A DNA stretch of 23,654 nucleotides from Candidatus Micrarchaeia archaeon (GCA_049966395.1 JBMFUT010000009.1:1-23654); one strand, 5' to 3'. Counted from the stretch's first letter, positions 9,356 through 18,428 are shown. A program made the numbers and translations. The notes: generated by a model from the sequence alone, not told the origin.

Positions 9356-10603
9356 TTACCGCACAGAACTGTCCCCGATTTTGGTCAGTATTTCTTCGCT
9401 TTCGTCTATCCTGCCCGCGCTCATCAGTATGCTCTCGTCTTCGCCTGTTCCCAGTATTTCCCTCACGTAATTGCGCTCCTCGCTGCTGACTACGCCATCG
9501 TCTGCATCTCCGAAAACTATCGCCCCATATCTTGAGAAATCTGGCTCTTTGGCAATGGTTTCGCGCGCAACGCTGTAGCTGCTTTTTGGCACCTTTATTG
9601 CCAATATCTTCCCTCCTGCCTTTATTGTATTGTATATTGCGCCGTTATTGTTTCCGACAAATGCGCCTGTGACATCGAATATTGTGACTGAGCTGTTCCT
9701 GCGTCTTTGCGCATATGTGCCTCCTTTGACATCTATTCTTTGTATAAGCAGCCCCACTATTACAAGCAGCGCTATTATTACGTAGTATGCTTTTATCGCC
9801 TCCCCAAGCACCAATCCCGCGAAGATGAACGTAAGGAAAGGAGAAAAGAAGTATGTGTTTGTGACCAGCGTTGTCTTTAGGGACCTCAGCGCAATGAAGT
9901 AGGTATAGAAGCCTATTACGTTGTTTGCTATAGCAACATACAGTATTGCGATGATTTCTTCCAAATTCAGCGGGGAAAACCTGAAGCCGGTGGCTGAAAA
10001 GAGAAATGCAAAAAGAATGAACAAGAAGAGGTTGAAGGCTACTATCCCGCTTGCCATGTCAAACATGTATCTTTTTGCGAGCACGCCTCCAAGAGCATAG
10101 GCGAGAGCACCGAAGGCAAGCATGATTACTACCAGAGTATCGGCGCCGCCGGATATCCCGAGCCCGCCCCTGCTCATTGCAATGAATATCCCAACAAACG
10201 CTAGCAAAAGCGCAGCTATCTGGTTCCTGCTAAGCCTCTCCTTGAGCAGTATTGGCAAAAATACCAGCATCAACAGGGGCGAAATCCTGAATACTACTGT
10301 AGCAAGCGAGGCGCTGACGTATCGCTCGGCGAACATTATGAAGAACCCTATTGGAAGGTAACTAAGAAAACCTATTGCCGCAGTCAGGCCTAGCCTCTTG
10401 CCGTCCTTGAACATGGCGACTGCTTCACTGCCCTTTTTTGCGGCTTTTGTTATCAGCGCGGCGAAAGGCAGGGCAATTAAGTAGGTGAGCATGAAAAACT
10501 CTAAGATGTTCATGCCTTTTGCCAGATCAAGCATTATAGGCATAAACGCTCCAGTGAACAGGGATAGCACCATGTATGAGATTGCCTTCGCCTTTATTTT
10601 CAT
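9356..10603 (-). CDS. EamA/DMT-family transporter with extra C-terminal soluble domain
   Basis: About 10 TM segments with EamA repeats (AERYVSASLATVVFRISPL...LKERL; ALRSLKTT...SPFLTFIFAGLVLGE), followed by about 125 hydrophilic residues. Confidence 0.85.
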   Translation of the reverse strand: MKIKAKAISYMVLSLFTGAFMPIMLDLAKGMNILEFFMLTYLIALPFAALITKAAKKGSEAVAMFKDGKRLGLTAAIGFLSYLPIGFFIMFAERYVSASLATVVFRISPLLMLVFLPILLKERLSRNQIAALLLAFVGIFIAMSRGGLGISGGADTLVVIMLAFGALAYALGGVLAKRYMFDMASGIVAFNLFLFILFAFLFSATGFRFSPLNLEEIIAILYVAIANNVIGFYTYFIALRSLKTTLVTNTYFFSPFLTFIFAGLVLGEAIKAYYVIIALLVIVGLLIQRIDVKGGTYAQRRRNSSVTIFDVTGAFVGNNNGAIYNTIKAGGKILAIKVPKSSYSVARETIAKEPDFSRYGAIVFGDADDGVVSSEERNYVREILGTGEDESILMSAGRIDESEEILTKIGDSSVR

Positions 10604-10635
10604 TCTTATCCTTGTCTATATTCGAGAATAAAGAA

Positions 10636-10701
10636 TTTAAACCAAGCGATATTTGTAAATTTCAACAACTTTTTTTGTTAGTTTGCTAAATGCTTATAAA
10701 T
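10636..10701. promoter_or_regulatory. Divergent promoter region between the EamA and Lrp genes
   Basis: TTTAAA at 10636-10641 (33 nt from EamA ATG); TTATAAAT at 10694-10701 (28 nt before Lrp ATG 10722); imperfect palindrome TTGTAAATTTCAA at 10653-10665 between them. Confidence 0.45.
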
Positions 10702-10721
10702 TTTTATCTCGGTATATTATC

Positions 10722-11744
10722 ATGGATTACGAATTCGAAAGCGATTTCAACAAAAAATACAGCTTGCTGTCAAGGAAAATTTTTAGGATTCTTTCAGAAA
10801 ACTCCAGGGCATCGATCTCCGAAATTTCAAAAGATACAGGCGCGTCTAGGCATACTGTGGTAGTAAGATTGAGAAAGCTGGAGGAAGAATTCAGGATTTT
10901 TTATACTGTTGAATTGAACGAGGATGCGCTGGGTCTGAGCAACCCCCATGTCATAATGATCAAGTTTGAAAAAAAGCCGGATTACGCCGAGATTGCCAGC
11001 CTGTTCTCTAAGTCATACATCCCCCAGCTAGTTGCAACCGTGAAAGGCAATTATGACATGCTTGTGTATGCAAACGCCTCGTCCCGAGACGAATACGTCC
11101 ATTGGGACAAGAGCATGCAGATAAAATTGGCAAAATACGGCACGCTGTGGCAAACTTCTGAAGTGGCGCACAGGCAACTGGGTTTCTTTCCAGTGAGGAA
11201 CGAGCTTATAGAGAAGCTTAGTATACCGGACAAATACAAGCGGTTGCTGCTTATACTAAATTCCAATTCGAGGATTTCGTTCGAGGAGCTGTCTAAAAAG
11301 CTTGGAATGCATTTCAACACGACGGCATACAACTTCAAGAAGATGCTCAAGATGAACTACATAAAAAGATTCACGGCTCTGGCAAAGGAGGCAGGCACGC
11401 TTTCGATAATGACCTTGTTCGGCAAGTATATTATATCAGAATCATTTGAAGAAGACGCGGCAAAAGAGAGGAAAGCCCTGATGAGCGATGACGAATTTCC
11501 CATATTGAGCAGATATGCCCTTGTATCGCAGCTGGTGGGGAGCTACGACTACTTCTCTATTGGGGTTTTCGACAGCGACAGGGCTGCGCAAAAATACGAC
11601 ATAGCATTCTACAAGAACGCCATGGCAAAAGACAAAGTCAGGATAATGTATGGCGCAATCGACAAATTGCTCCTTGGCAGTCTTCCTCTCCGCAGCATAG
11701 ACTCAAAGGCGAACTACAGCTTGATAAGGTGGGTACTGGATTAG
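10722..11744 (+). CDS. Tandem (double HTH-RAM) Lrp/AsnC-family transcriptional regulator
   Basis: Two AsnC HTHs (LSENSRASISEISKDTGASRHTVVVRLRKL; LNSNSRISFEELSKKLGMHFNTTAYNFKKM), each followed by a GxYD motif (KGNYDML; VGSYDYF). Confidence 0.85.
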   Translation: MDYEFESDFNKKYSLLSRKIFRILSENSRASISEISKDTGASRHTVVVRLRKLEEEFRIFYTVELNEDALGLSNPHVIMIKFEKKPDYAEIASLFSKSYIPQLVATVKGNYDMLVYANASSRDEYVHWDKSMQIKLAKYGTLWQTSEVAHRQLGFFPVRNELIEKLSIPDKYKRLLLILNSNSRISFEELSKKLGMHFNTTAYNFKKMLKMNYIKRFTALAKEAGTLSIMTLFGKYIISESFEEDAAKERKALMSDDEFPILSRYALVSQLVGSYDYFSIGVFDSDRAAQKYDIAFYKNAMAKDKVRIMYGAIDKLLLGSLPLRSIDSKANYSLIRWVLD

Positions 11745-11788
11745 TGAATGCGCCATTTTAAAATCTGGAAATTCTTATGGCAGAAAAA

Positions 11789-12343
11789 CTATTCATCGCC
11801 GAAAAGCTTTCTGCGCAGATTTTTGAAAATTTCTTCTATTTCGTCATTTATAATCCACGGGTCGTCAGTCCATTCCTCGTTGAGCCATCTCTCCAAATTT
11901 TTGAGCATGTTTATCTCTTCCGGGGTCAACTTTCGCCTTTCGCCTGTCACCAGGTTTATGCTCTCTCCGGTCCAATTTTCGTATGGCAACTGACCCTGCT
12001 GAACGCCTTTCTTATTAACCTGCAATAGCTTCTTTTTCTCCTTGAATATTTCGTTTCTCAGGTCTGTAAGCTTTTGAATTTCCTCCATTGACGGGGTTCT
12101 TTTCTCTTTCTTGCCGTCTCTGTACCTTATTGTTATGCTGCTTATTGCGCTTTTAGCTTCGGATACATCGAAATCTGCTTCTATATGCGAAATCCCCTTG
12201 CCGAAGGTTTTGGCAATCTTTTCTATGGACTTGTCGCTAAGCGGCTTGCCCTGGTCATATTGTGCGTTGTTTTGATCCGACAGCACAGCGAACTTAGAAT
12301 CCAAATTTAGGTCAAGGCTCTCCTTGCGCTTAATATTTTCCAT
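11789..12343 (-). CDS. Hypothetical protein
   Basis: 184-aa charged ORF from ATG 12343, preceded by GAGG; alternative GTG at 12391. Fills the gap between the flanking genes. Confidence 0.65.
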   Translation of the reverse strand: MENIKRKESLDLNLDSKFAVLSDQNNAQYDQGKPLSDKSIEKIAKTFGKGISHIEADFDVSEAKSAISSITIRYRDGKKEKRTPSMEEIQKLTDLRNEIFKEKKKLLQVNKKGVQQGQLPYENWTGESINLVTGERRKLTPEEINMLKNLERWLNEEWTDDPWIINDEIEEIFKNLRRKLFGDE

Positions 12344-12475
12344 AGCCTCAAGTACTAATTGCAATGATAATTTTAAGTAATTTTTTGCCACTATGGCATG
12401 TGTCTATCCTCTCGCTGCGCAATGTCGTGAATTTCCTGCAATAGATTAATAAAGCAGTAAGTGAAATAATTATTC

Positions 12476-13351
12476 ATGGAGCCACTCAACGCACTTCCAA
12501 AGTACAATTTGTTCGGCCTTGAGAACCAAGATTACAAGAAGGCGAAAGTAGTAGCCTTGCCAGTGCCTTATGAGTCCACAGTGACATACAAAAGCGGCAC
12601 AAAGGAAGGACCGATTGCGATAATAGAAGCAAGCCGCAACATAGAGCTTTACAGCTATGAGCTCGGCAAAGACTTAAGTGACATAGGGATATTCACCAGT
12701 GATGAGATTGCACCGGACCTGAGCTCAGCTGAAAACATGATAAACCAGATAAGCAAGGAGGCAGGCATAGTCATAGACGATGGAAAAATACCGTTTCTCA
12801 TAGGAGGGGAGCATACAATAACCTTGGGATCGCTTAAGGCTATGAAAGAGAGAAAAAAGGATATCAGCATAATAAATTTTGACGCGCACACCGATACCAG
12901 GGACACTATATTTGGCAGCAAGTATACGCATGCTACAGTAATGAGGCGAGCCTCTGAAATGTATGATGGCATAGTCCAGGTAGGCACAAGAAGCATTGAT
13001 GCAGATTCTGCAGAAATGCTCAACAAAGACATGCTTTTTACAGTAGACCAGCTTAGGAATGCAGACATGAACGAGATAGTAGACGAAATAGCTGGAATTA
13101 CAAAAGACAACATATACCTAAGCATAGATCTTGATGTTTTAGACCCTTCCGAAATGCCCAGCGTAGGCACTCCTGAACCTGACGGGCTGCATTTCCATTC
13201 TGTCTTGGAACTGATAAAGGGCCTGGCCGGGAGGAAAAACCTAGCTGGGCTTGACATTGTCGAGCTATCGCCAATACCATACCTTATAGCGCCGAATTTC
13301 CTAGCGGCAAAACTCGCATATCTCACTTTGGGATACTTCCTTGCGAGATAG
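12476..13351 (+). CDS. speB: Agmatinase (ureohydrolase family)
   Basis: PYESTVTYKSGTKEGP, GGEH, DAHTD, SIDLDVLDP, VGTPEP, DIVEL metal-binding motifs. Confidence 0.92.
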   Translation: MEPLNALPKYNLFGLENQDYKKAKVVALPVPYESTVTYKSGTKEGPIAIIEASRNIELYSYELGKDLSDIGIFTSDEIAPDLSSAENMINQISKEAGIVIDDGKIPFLIGGEHTITLGSLKAMKERKKDISIINFDAHTDTRDTIFGSKYTHATVMRRASEMYDGIVQVGTRSIDADSAEMLNKDMLFTVDQLRNADMNEIVDEIAGITKDNIYLSIDLDVLDPSEMPSVGTPEPDGLHFHSVLELIKGLAGRKNLAGLDIVELSPIPYLIAPNFLAAKLAYLTLGYFLAR

Positions 13352-13443
13352 AACAGCAACATGCCACGCAACAAGAACGCGCAAATTTTCAATAAAAATA
13401 TTTTTAAGAGTGATGTTTTAATATTATTCACAAATGTGATACG

Positions 13444-13857
13444 ATGAATGCGATGGCTATACAAAAAACAACTCAGATTTTGGGGAGATCATGCCCCAGG
13501 GTCATTGGCAAGCACGTCTATGGCAACATGCACGGACTTGATCCGGCATTACTGGTAGATGCCGAAAGGCTAGAGGACATTGTAAGGGGTGCGGCAAAGA
13601 CGGGCAAGATGCACCTGATAGAAATAATGAAATATCAATTTTCAAACAAGGAAAGCCCAGACTATGGAGGGGTTTCAATAATAGCGCTAATAGCAGAGAG
13701 CCACATTGCGCTGCACACGTGGCCTGAAAGCAACTACGCGACGATAGATATATACTCTTGCGGAGAGGACTCCGATCCAAAGATGGCATTCAATTACATC
13801 ATAGGTGAAATGAAGCCGGTAAGCTACAAGCAGCATTACGCAGACAGGAGCAATTGA
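13444..13857 (+). CDS. Pyruvoyl-dependent decarboxylase proenzyme, AdoMetDC (SpeD/SpeH) family; probably arginine decarboxylase
   Basis: GKHVYG, self-cleavage site AE|SHIALHTWPE (Ser86), DIYSCG; directly downstream of agmatinase. Start may be 13453. Confidence 0.88.
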   Translation: MNAMAIQKTTQILGRSCPRVIGKHVYGNMHGLDPALLVDAERLEDIVRGAAKTGKMHLIEIMKYQFSNKESPDYGGVSIIALIAESHIALHTWPESNYATIDIYSCGEDSDPKMAFNYIIGEMKPVSYKQHYADRSN

Positions 13858-13904
13858 AGGCGATTGATTTTTATTTTTGAGGTTTCAATAGGAGTAATGT
13901 TTAC

Positions 13905-14732
13905 ATGAAGTTAACCTATGTCGTTGCGGTTGTTGCGGCGCTTCTCGTAATTGGAAGTGCGAACGCAGGTGTCGTTACTTTGGTTGGCACATGCGTGGAC
14001 CACCCAATGCAGAACGGCACAATACTTTTCATGCTTAACAACACAGGCAATGACACAGCAAACAACCTGTTTTTGACGCCACATATTATTGGGGCGCAGC
14101 TAGAAAACTATACCTACAGCATCGCTGCAATAACTCCGGGTGGAAACGCTTCGCTTTACGTGCCAATAAACGAAAGTAATATGCACGGCAGCTACATACT
14201 TTATTTTGACGCTGTTTACCAGCAAGGGCTTTCTATCTTCACTGCAGTATTTCCGTGCATCATATCTGTTGGCCAAGGTACAGTAGCCCCGGTATTTATA
14301 ACTACCACTGGAAGCGTATCTAACAATGTGGCAAACTTGAAAGTAAACGTATCAAATTACTTTGGTGAAAAACTTCGTATTAATGTCAGCGCCATAATCC
14401 CACCGAGCTTCAAGTACATTTCAAGCAGGTACCAGATTGTTAACGTTAGCCCATACAACTACAGTCAAGTGAATTTTGCAGTGCAGGCGCCTGCACTTGC
14501 AGGAGCATCTTATACCGGTGCAATAGCTGCGACATACAAACTAAACGGCGTGGAATTCTCCACAATGTCAGTAGTAAGGATATTCAAAGCTGCCAGCCAA
14601 TATAATCTGCTTGGTATTGCCACCTGGGCTTCTATTGCTGTCGCAGTGGCTATTATCGCACTGCTTATACTTAGATCATACTTGAAGCGCAGAAAAAGGA
14701 AAGATGGAACGGAAGAAACAAAAGCCCAATGA
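13905..14732 (+). CDS. Secreted, C-terminally membrane-anchored surface (glyco)protein
   Basis: N-terminal signal peptide (MKLTYVVAVVAALLVIGSANA), beta-rich ectodomain with about 10 N-x-S/T sequons, C-terminal TM helix and basic tail KRRKRK. Confidence 0.8.
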   Translation: MKLTYVVAVVAALLVIGSANAGVVTLVGTCVDHPMQNGTILFMLNNTGNDTANNLFLTPHIIGAQLENYTYSIAAITPGGNASLYVPINESNMHGSYILYFDAVYQQGLSIFTAVFPCIISVGQGTVAPVFITTTGSVSNNVANLKVNVSNYFGEKLRINVSAIIPPSFKYISSRYQIVNVSPYNYSQVNFAVQAPALAGASYTGAIAATYKLNGVEFSTMSVVRIFKAASQYNLLGIATWASIAVAVAIIALLILRSYLKRRKRKDGTEETKAQ

Positions 14733-14900
14733 AAGAATGGCTACACTTCGCAATGAGACAATGTCTACAACGTTGACGTGGCAGAATTATACAAGCCGTT
14801 AGTTATTTTGCGAGATTTTCCGATATTTCATAATCGCCCTCCACCTTTGCAAGTTGAGTCAATTTCATTTACTTCACTGCTATAATAAATTTATGTGTTT

Positions 14901-14960
14901 TGCAGTCATCACGCGATTGAAATCGTGGGCTCTACTGCATTTTTGTAAAAGCACTGTAGA
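14901..14960. terminator. Possible hairpin/terminator between convergent genes
   Basis: TGCAGT (14901-14906) and ACTGCA (14934-14939) enclose CGATT/AATCG, followed by a T run; an overlapping alternative stem TCTAC...GTAGA spans 14931-14960. Confidence 0.25.
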
Positions 14961-14962
14961 AA

Positions 14963-16720
14963 TTAAGGGGTGTAATTGAGCAGCTCATAGAATCCTGGGG
15001 CAGGCCCTACTGATGTGTTCTGCCCCACGGAAAGCGCTTTGTGCTTGAAATTGCTCAGTATTGTGGCACATATGCCGCCGTGGTTCGGAGGCACTACACA
15101 CCAATAGCCATAGTCTAATACGAAGCAACTGTACTTCGACGCAAACTGGACAAATCGCGGATCTCCTCTTGCATAGACATAGCTTATCTGCGCGCTGCTC
15201 CTGTTGAATTCGTACCATATATCTGGCGTCAGCGAGAAGACTAGACAGTTGGTTGGAACTGCCTGGTAGTTGTTGTAGAAGAAAGTGATTACGGGAAGTA
15301 TCACATTTTGCTGAGGCATGTTGGAAGGGAGCATAGTGACAAGGCTGTACAGATGGGCAAATGGCCATATTACAAGAATTATGAAAAGAAATGTCTGCGC
15401 AATAATTACATACCTTCGGTATTGCGAAGCCTTGAAATGCACAGCTTTTTTCATCATCATTTTGATTACCATGGGGGAATAGCCAATCAGTTCGCTTAAT
15501 TCTGTCATGCCTATTGCGGCAAGAATCGACAGTGATGGAAGCAGCGTAAGCATGAATCTCACATCTACTCCGAATGTGGCGGCGCCGGCATAGAATGAAG
15601 TGTAAAAAAAGAAATATGTGGCAAACCACAGACCTAGCATTAGAACAATCCCAAACCTGTTCTTGTAACTTTCGTCGAACAGGAGCAGCGCGGCGCCTAT
15701 TATAGCCAAGTATGTTATCATTGCAGGGAAGATTGCGGGATAGTTCCCAATTGAGTTAAGCTTGCCTGTCAGAAACGCGACATTGCTCTTTATGTTCGCC
15801 TTGAAATTTAACAGTGAAACGGCAGCCTGCCCTTGCGGCTGACCATAAGAAGGGTTTGAGGCACTCATTAGAACAAGTTCAAGCTGCGGTATCAGCAGCA
15901 GGATGAAAACAAGAATTAGCACCATTAGCTTTGTATTTGAATCAATGGCATTTACTATTTCGCGGAGCCTCACCTTAAAAGTTTCCCTTATCCCTCCCTC
16001 GCCAAAGAAAAGAAACAGTATGGCAAATACAGGTATGAGCAGAATGCCTTCCATTCTTGCATATACAGCTAGCACCAAAGAGGGCATGAACATCAAGAGA
16101 GTCCTCATGTTTTGCCTTTTTGAGAATACTGAGAAAAAGAAAAATGAAAGCGTCGCAAGCATCATGAAATAAAGATCAGGATCTGCCTGCGTTCTGGACC
16201 ATATTAGAAGCTCTGGCATGAGCGCAAATATTGCAGCTGCGGTTACTGTCGCAATGCGTTTCCTTAGAAGAACGCGAGATGTCATAAAAAGTAACAGCAC
16301 TGAAAAGGTGCCTACTAAAAGCTGAGTCGCATATGCAGTGTTAGGGCCTATGCCGAATAGCGCAAACGCAATGGCGAGAAAGAAAGATATTTCTACAGGG
16401 TCATGGTATATCAGATTTGAATAACAGCTGTCTAGATAGCCGTTGCCATACTGACACCATAGCGCATTGCCGTGATGCAATATGTTAATGGCTATTCCCT
16501 GGTATATGTTTTCATCGAAGTATAGCTGCTCAGCTGGATGCATAAGCAGCAAAGAAAAGGCTACAAAAAAGGCAAGAATCAAGATTAACGCTGCAATATC
16601 AATCCTATTGAAGCTACCAAGTGCAATGGCTATCTCATCTCTGTAAAATGCAACGGCTAGAACAAGAATTAAGGTTGCTATCGAAAGCACGAATGTGGTG
16701 GCGTAGCCTAGCAGGATCAT
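14963..16720 (-). CDS. GT-C-fold membrane glycosyltransferase (PMT/ArnT-like, GT39/GT83-like)
   Basis: Many TM helices; acidic DE pair in the first external loop (LYFDENIY); AIFALMPELLIWS, YARME, DVRFML motifs; small C-terminal external domain with Cys residues. Confidence 0.8.
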   Translation of the reverse strand: MILLGYATTFVLSIATLILVLAVAFYRDEIAIALGSFNRIDIAALILILAFFVAFSLLLMHPAEQLYFDENIYQGIAINILHHGNALWCQYGNGYLDSCYSNLIYHDPVEISFFLAIAFALFGIGPNTAYATQLLVGTFSVLLLFMTSRVLLRKRIATVTAAAIFALMPELLIWSRTQADPDLYFMMLATLSFFFFSVFSKRQNMRTLLMFMPSLVLAVYARMEGILLIPVFAILFLFFGEGGIRETFKVRLREIVNAIDSNTKLMVLILVFILLLIPQLELVLMSASNPSYGQPQGQAAVSLLNFKANIKSNVAFLTGKLNSIGNYPAIFPAMITYLAIIGAALLLFDESYKNRFGIVLMLGLWFATYFFFYTSFYAGAATFGVDVRFMLTLLPSLSILAAIGMTELSELIGYSPMVIKMMMKKAVHFKASQYRRYVIIAQTFLFIILVIWPFAHLYSLVTMLPSNMPQQNVILPVITFFYNNYQAVPTNCLVFSLTPDIWYEFNRSSAQISYVYARGDPRFVQFASKYSCFVLDYGYWCVVPPNHGGICATILSNFKHKALSVGQNTSVGPAPGFYELLNYTP

Positions 16721-16724
16721 TTAA

Positions 16725-18428
16725 TCATACGATTGCTTTCTTGTTTTCCACAAAAAAATCGCCGATAAACATGTACCTTGTGCCTGTAGCCTTCATCGTG
16801 CTTATCGCATCTTCTGGAGTCATGACAATAGGCATGCCATGTATATTGAAGCTTGTGTTGAGTATTACGCCGTAACCGCTCGCCTTCTTCACGCGGCTAA
16901 GAAGCTTATGGTAGCTCTTGTTTTCATCACCGACCATCTGCGGCCTTGCTGTGAGGTCCACATGGACTACCGATTTCATGGTATTTGCCCTCTCGCGTTT
17001 AACAGCGTATGCCATGGTCATAAACTTATCATAGCCTTTGACGTTGTCAAGAAGCAGATGCGCGTCTTCCTTGAGCATTGACGGAGCAAAAGGCTGGAAC
17101 CATTCTCTTTTCTTAACATACAGGTTCAGTCTGTCCTTTACATCATCTGAAGAGGCTTTTGCAAGTATGCTTCTGTTACCTAGCGCCCTTGGACCGTATT
17201 CCATTCTTCCTTGGAACCAGAATAGGTAGTTGTTCGCGTCTATCAATTCGGCAGCATGTCCGCTCTTGTCTGGATCTGCCTCGAATTTGAGGTCTTTCTC
17301 CTTAGCTAGGGCGCTCTTTATTTCGTTTTCAGAATACTCGGTGCCTAGATATGCGTCTCTGAAATCGTAAGAGCTTATTCCGTTGAGCATGTAGTTTGCA
17401 TACATTGCTGCGCCCATTGCCATGCCTCCGTCGCCCATGTGGGGGAAGATGAACCACTCCTTAAGGCCATCAAGCATCCTTATTTTCATGTTGGCCTTGA
17501 CATTGGACATCAGCCCGCCAGCTAGAGCCACATTAACAATGCCGTATTCGTCTATGACGTTTTCGAAAAACTTTGAAAGTGTATTCTCGAGAAGCTGCTG
17601 GGCCATGTAGGCGAACTGCTCCCTCGGCGTCCCCCATGCTATCGCATCAAGCATTTCGAACTGCTTGTAATGAGGGTATTTGGCTATTATGTTTGTACCT
17701 TCTACCTTGAAAAAGTCCTTGAGCTTGTTTTCCTTGAAATCGAAAGGATAAGAATAGTCTGCCATTGCCATTATCTTGCCTTCGTCTTCAAGTTCCCTCA
17801 TGCCGACTATGTTGGTTACCTGCTCGTAGAATATTCCAAGCGAGTTTTTAGCTGGAAGCGCCTGGTGCCTCTCCAGCTTGCCTTTATCCAGAGTGCTTAT
17901 AGAGCCGCTGAGACCGTCACCGAGCCCGTCGAGCGTCACCACAAGCGCCTTTTTGAACCCGGATGAAAAGGCTGCGGTAGCCGCGTGCGCCGTGTGATGG
18001 TCTATGGCATATATCTTGAAATTGCTGAATCCAAGGTGCTTCATGTTCCTAGACACTATGCTCTTGCTTATCGTGCTGCACAGCGGGAGCACCCCGACTT
18101 GCGTCATAGTATACTTGAGCCAGTGCCTGAAATTGTCAAGCTTTGGCCTGAGCATCTTCCTTCTTCTGTACATGTAATAGTATTCCTTCGAATATGGCAT
18201 TATCCTCTCAAGTGTCTTTGTGAGCTCTGTTGTTGTGAATGCCACAGTTTCTATGTCGCCAGGCTTTATACCAGCATAGTCAAGGGCGGCCTTTATAGAG
18301 TGCTCAGGAAACTTCACTTCAAGCTTGCGTTTCGTGAAGCGTTCCTCGTTAGCCGCGAAAATTATCTTGTTATCCTCGATTAGCGCAGCACCAGAGTCGT
18401 GCCCGTCCCAAACGCCAAGTACGTACAT
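16725..18428 (-). CDS. O-carbamoyltransferase, NodU/CmcH/TobZ family
   Basis: HDSGAAL, EERFTKRK, Kae1-like metal motif HHTAHA, DGLGD, EGKIMAMA, GDGG, GRMEYGPRALGNRSIL, PFAPS, HVDLTARPQ, LNTSFN. Stop lies 4 nt from the GT-C start. Confidence 0.95.
   Translation of the reverse strand: MYVLGVWDGHDSGAALIEDNKIIFAANEERFTKRKLEVKFPEHSIKAALDYAGIKPGDIETVAFTTTELTKTLERIMPYSKEYYYMYRRRKMLRPKLDNFRHWLKYTMTQVGVLPLCSTISKSIVSRNMKHLGFSNFKIYAIDHHTAHAATAAFSSGFKKALVVTLDGLGDGLSGSISTLDKGKLERHQALPAKNSLGIFYEQVTNIVGMRELEDEGKIMAMADYSYPFDFKENKLKDFFKVEGTNIIAKYPHYKQFEMLDAIAWGTPREQFAYMAQQLLENTLSKFFENVIDEYGIVNVALAGGLMSNVKANMKIRMLDGLKEWFIFPHMGDGGMAMGAAMYANYMLNGISSYDFRDAYLGTEYSENEIKSALAKEKDLKFEADPDKSGHAAELIDANNYLFWFQGRMEYGPRALGNRSILAKASSDDVKDRLNLYVKKREWFQPFAPSMLKEDAHLLLDNVKGYDKFMTMAYAVKRERANTMKSVVHVDLTARPQMVGDENKSYHKLLSRVKKASGYGVILNTSFNIHGMPIVMTPEDAISTMKATGTRYMFIGDFFVENKKAIV

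Noticed and set aside
12655..13464. 269-aa antisense ORF
   Set aside because: It is a shadow of agmatinase on the opposite strand, Ser/Ile-rich with no motifs.
14985..15629. 214-aa alternative-frame ORF inside the GT-C gene
   Set aside because: Off-frame shadow with no recognisable features; the main frame is intact.
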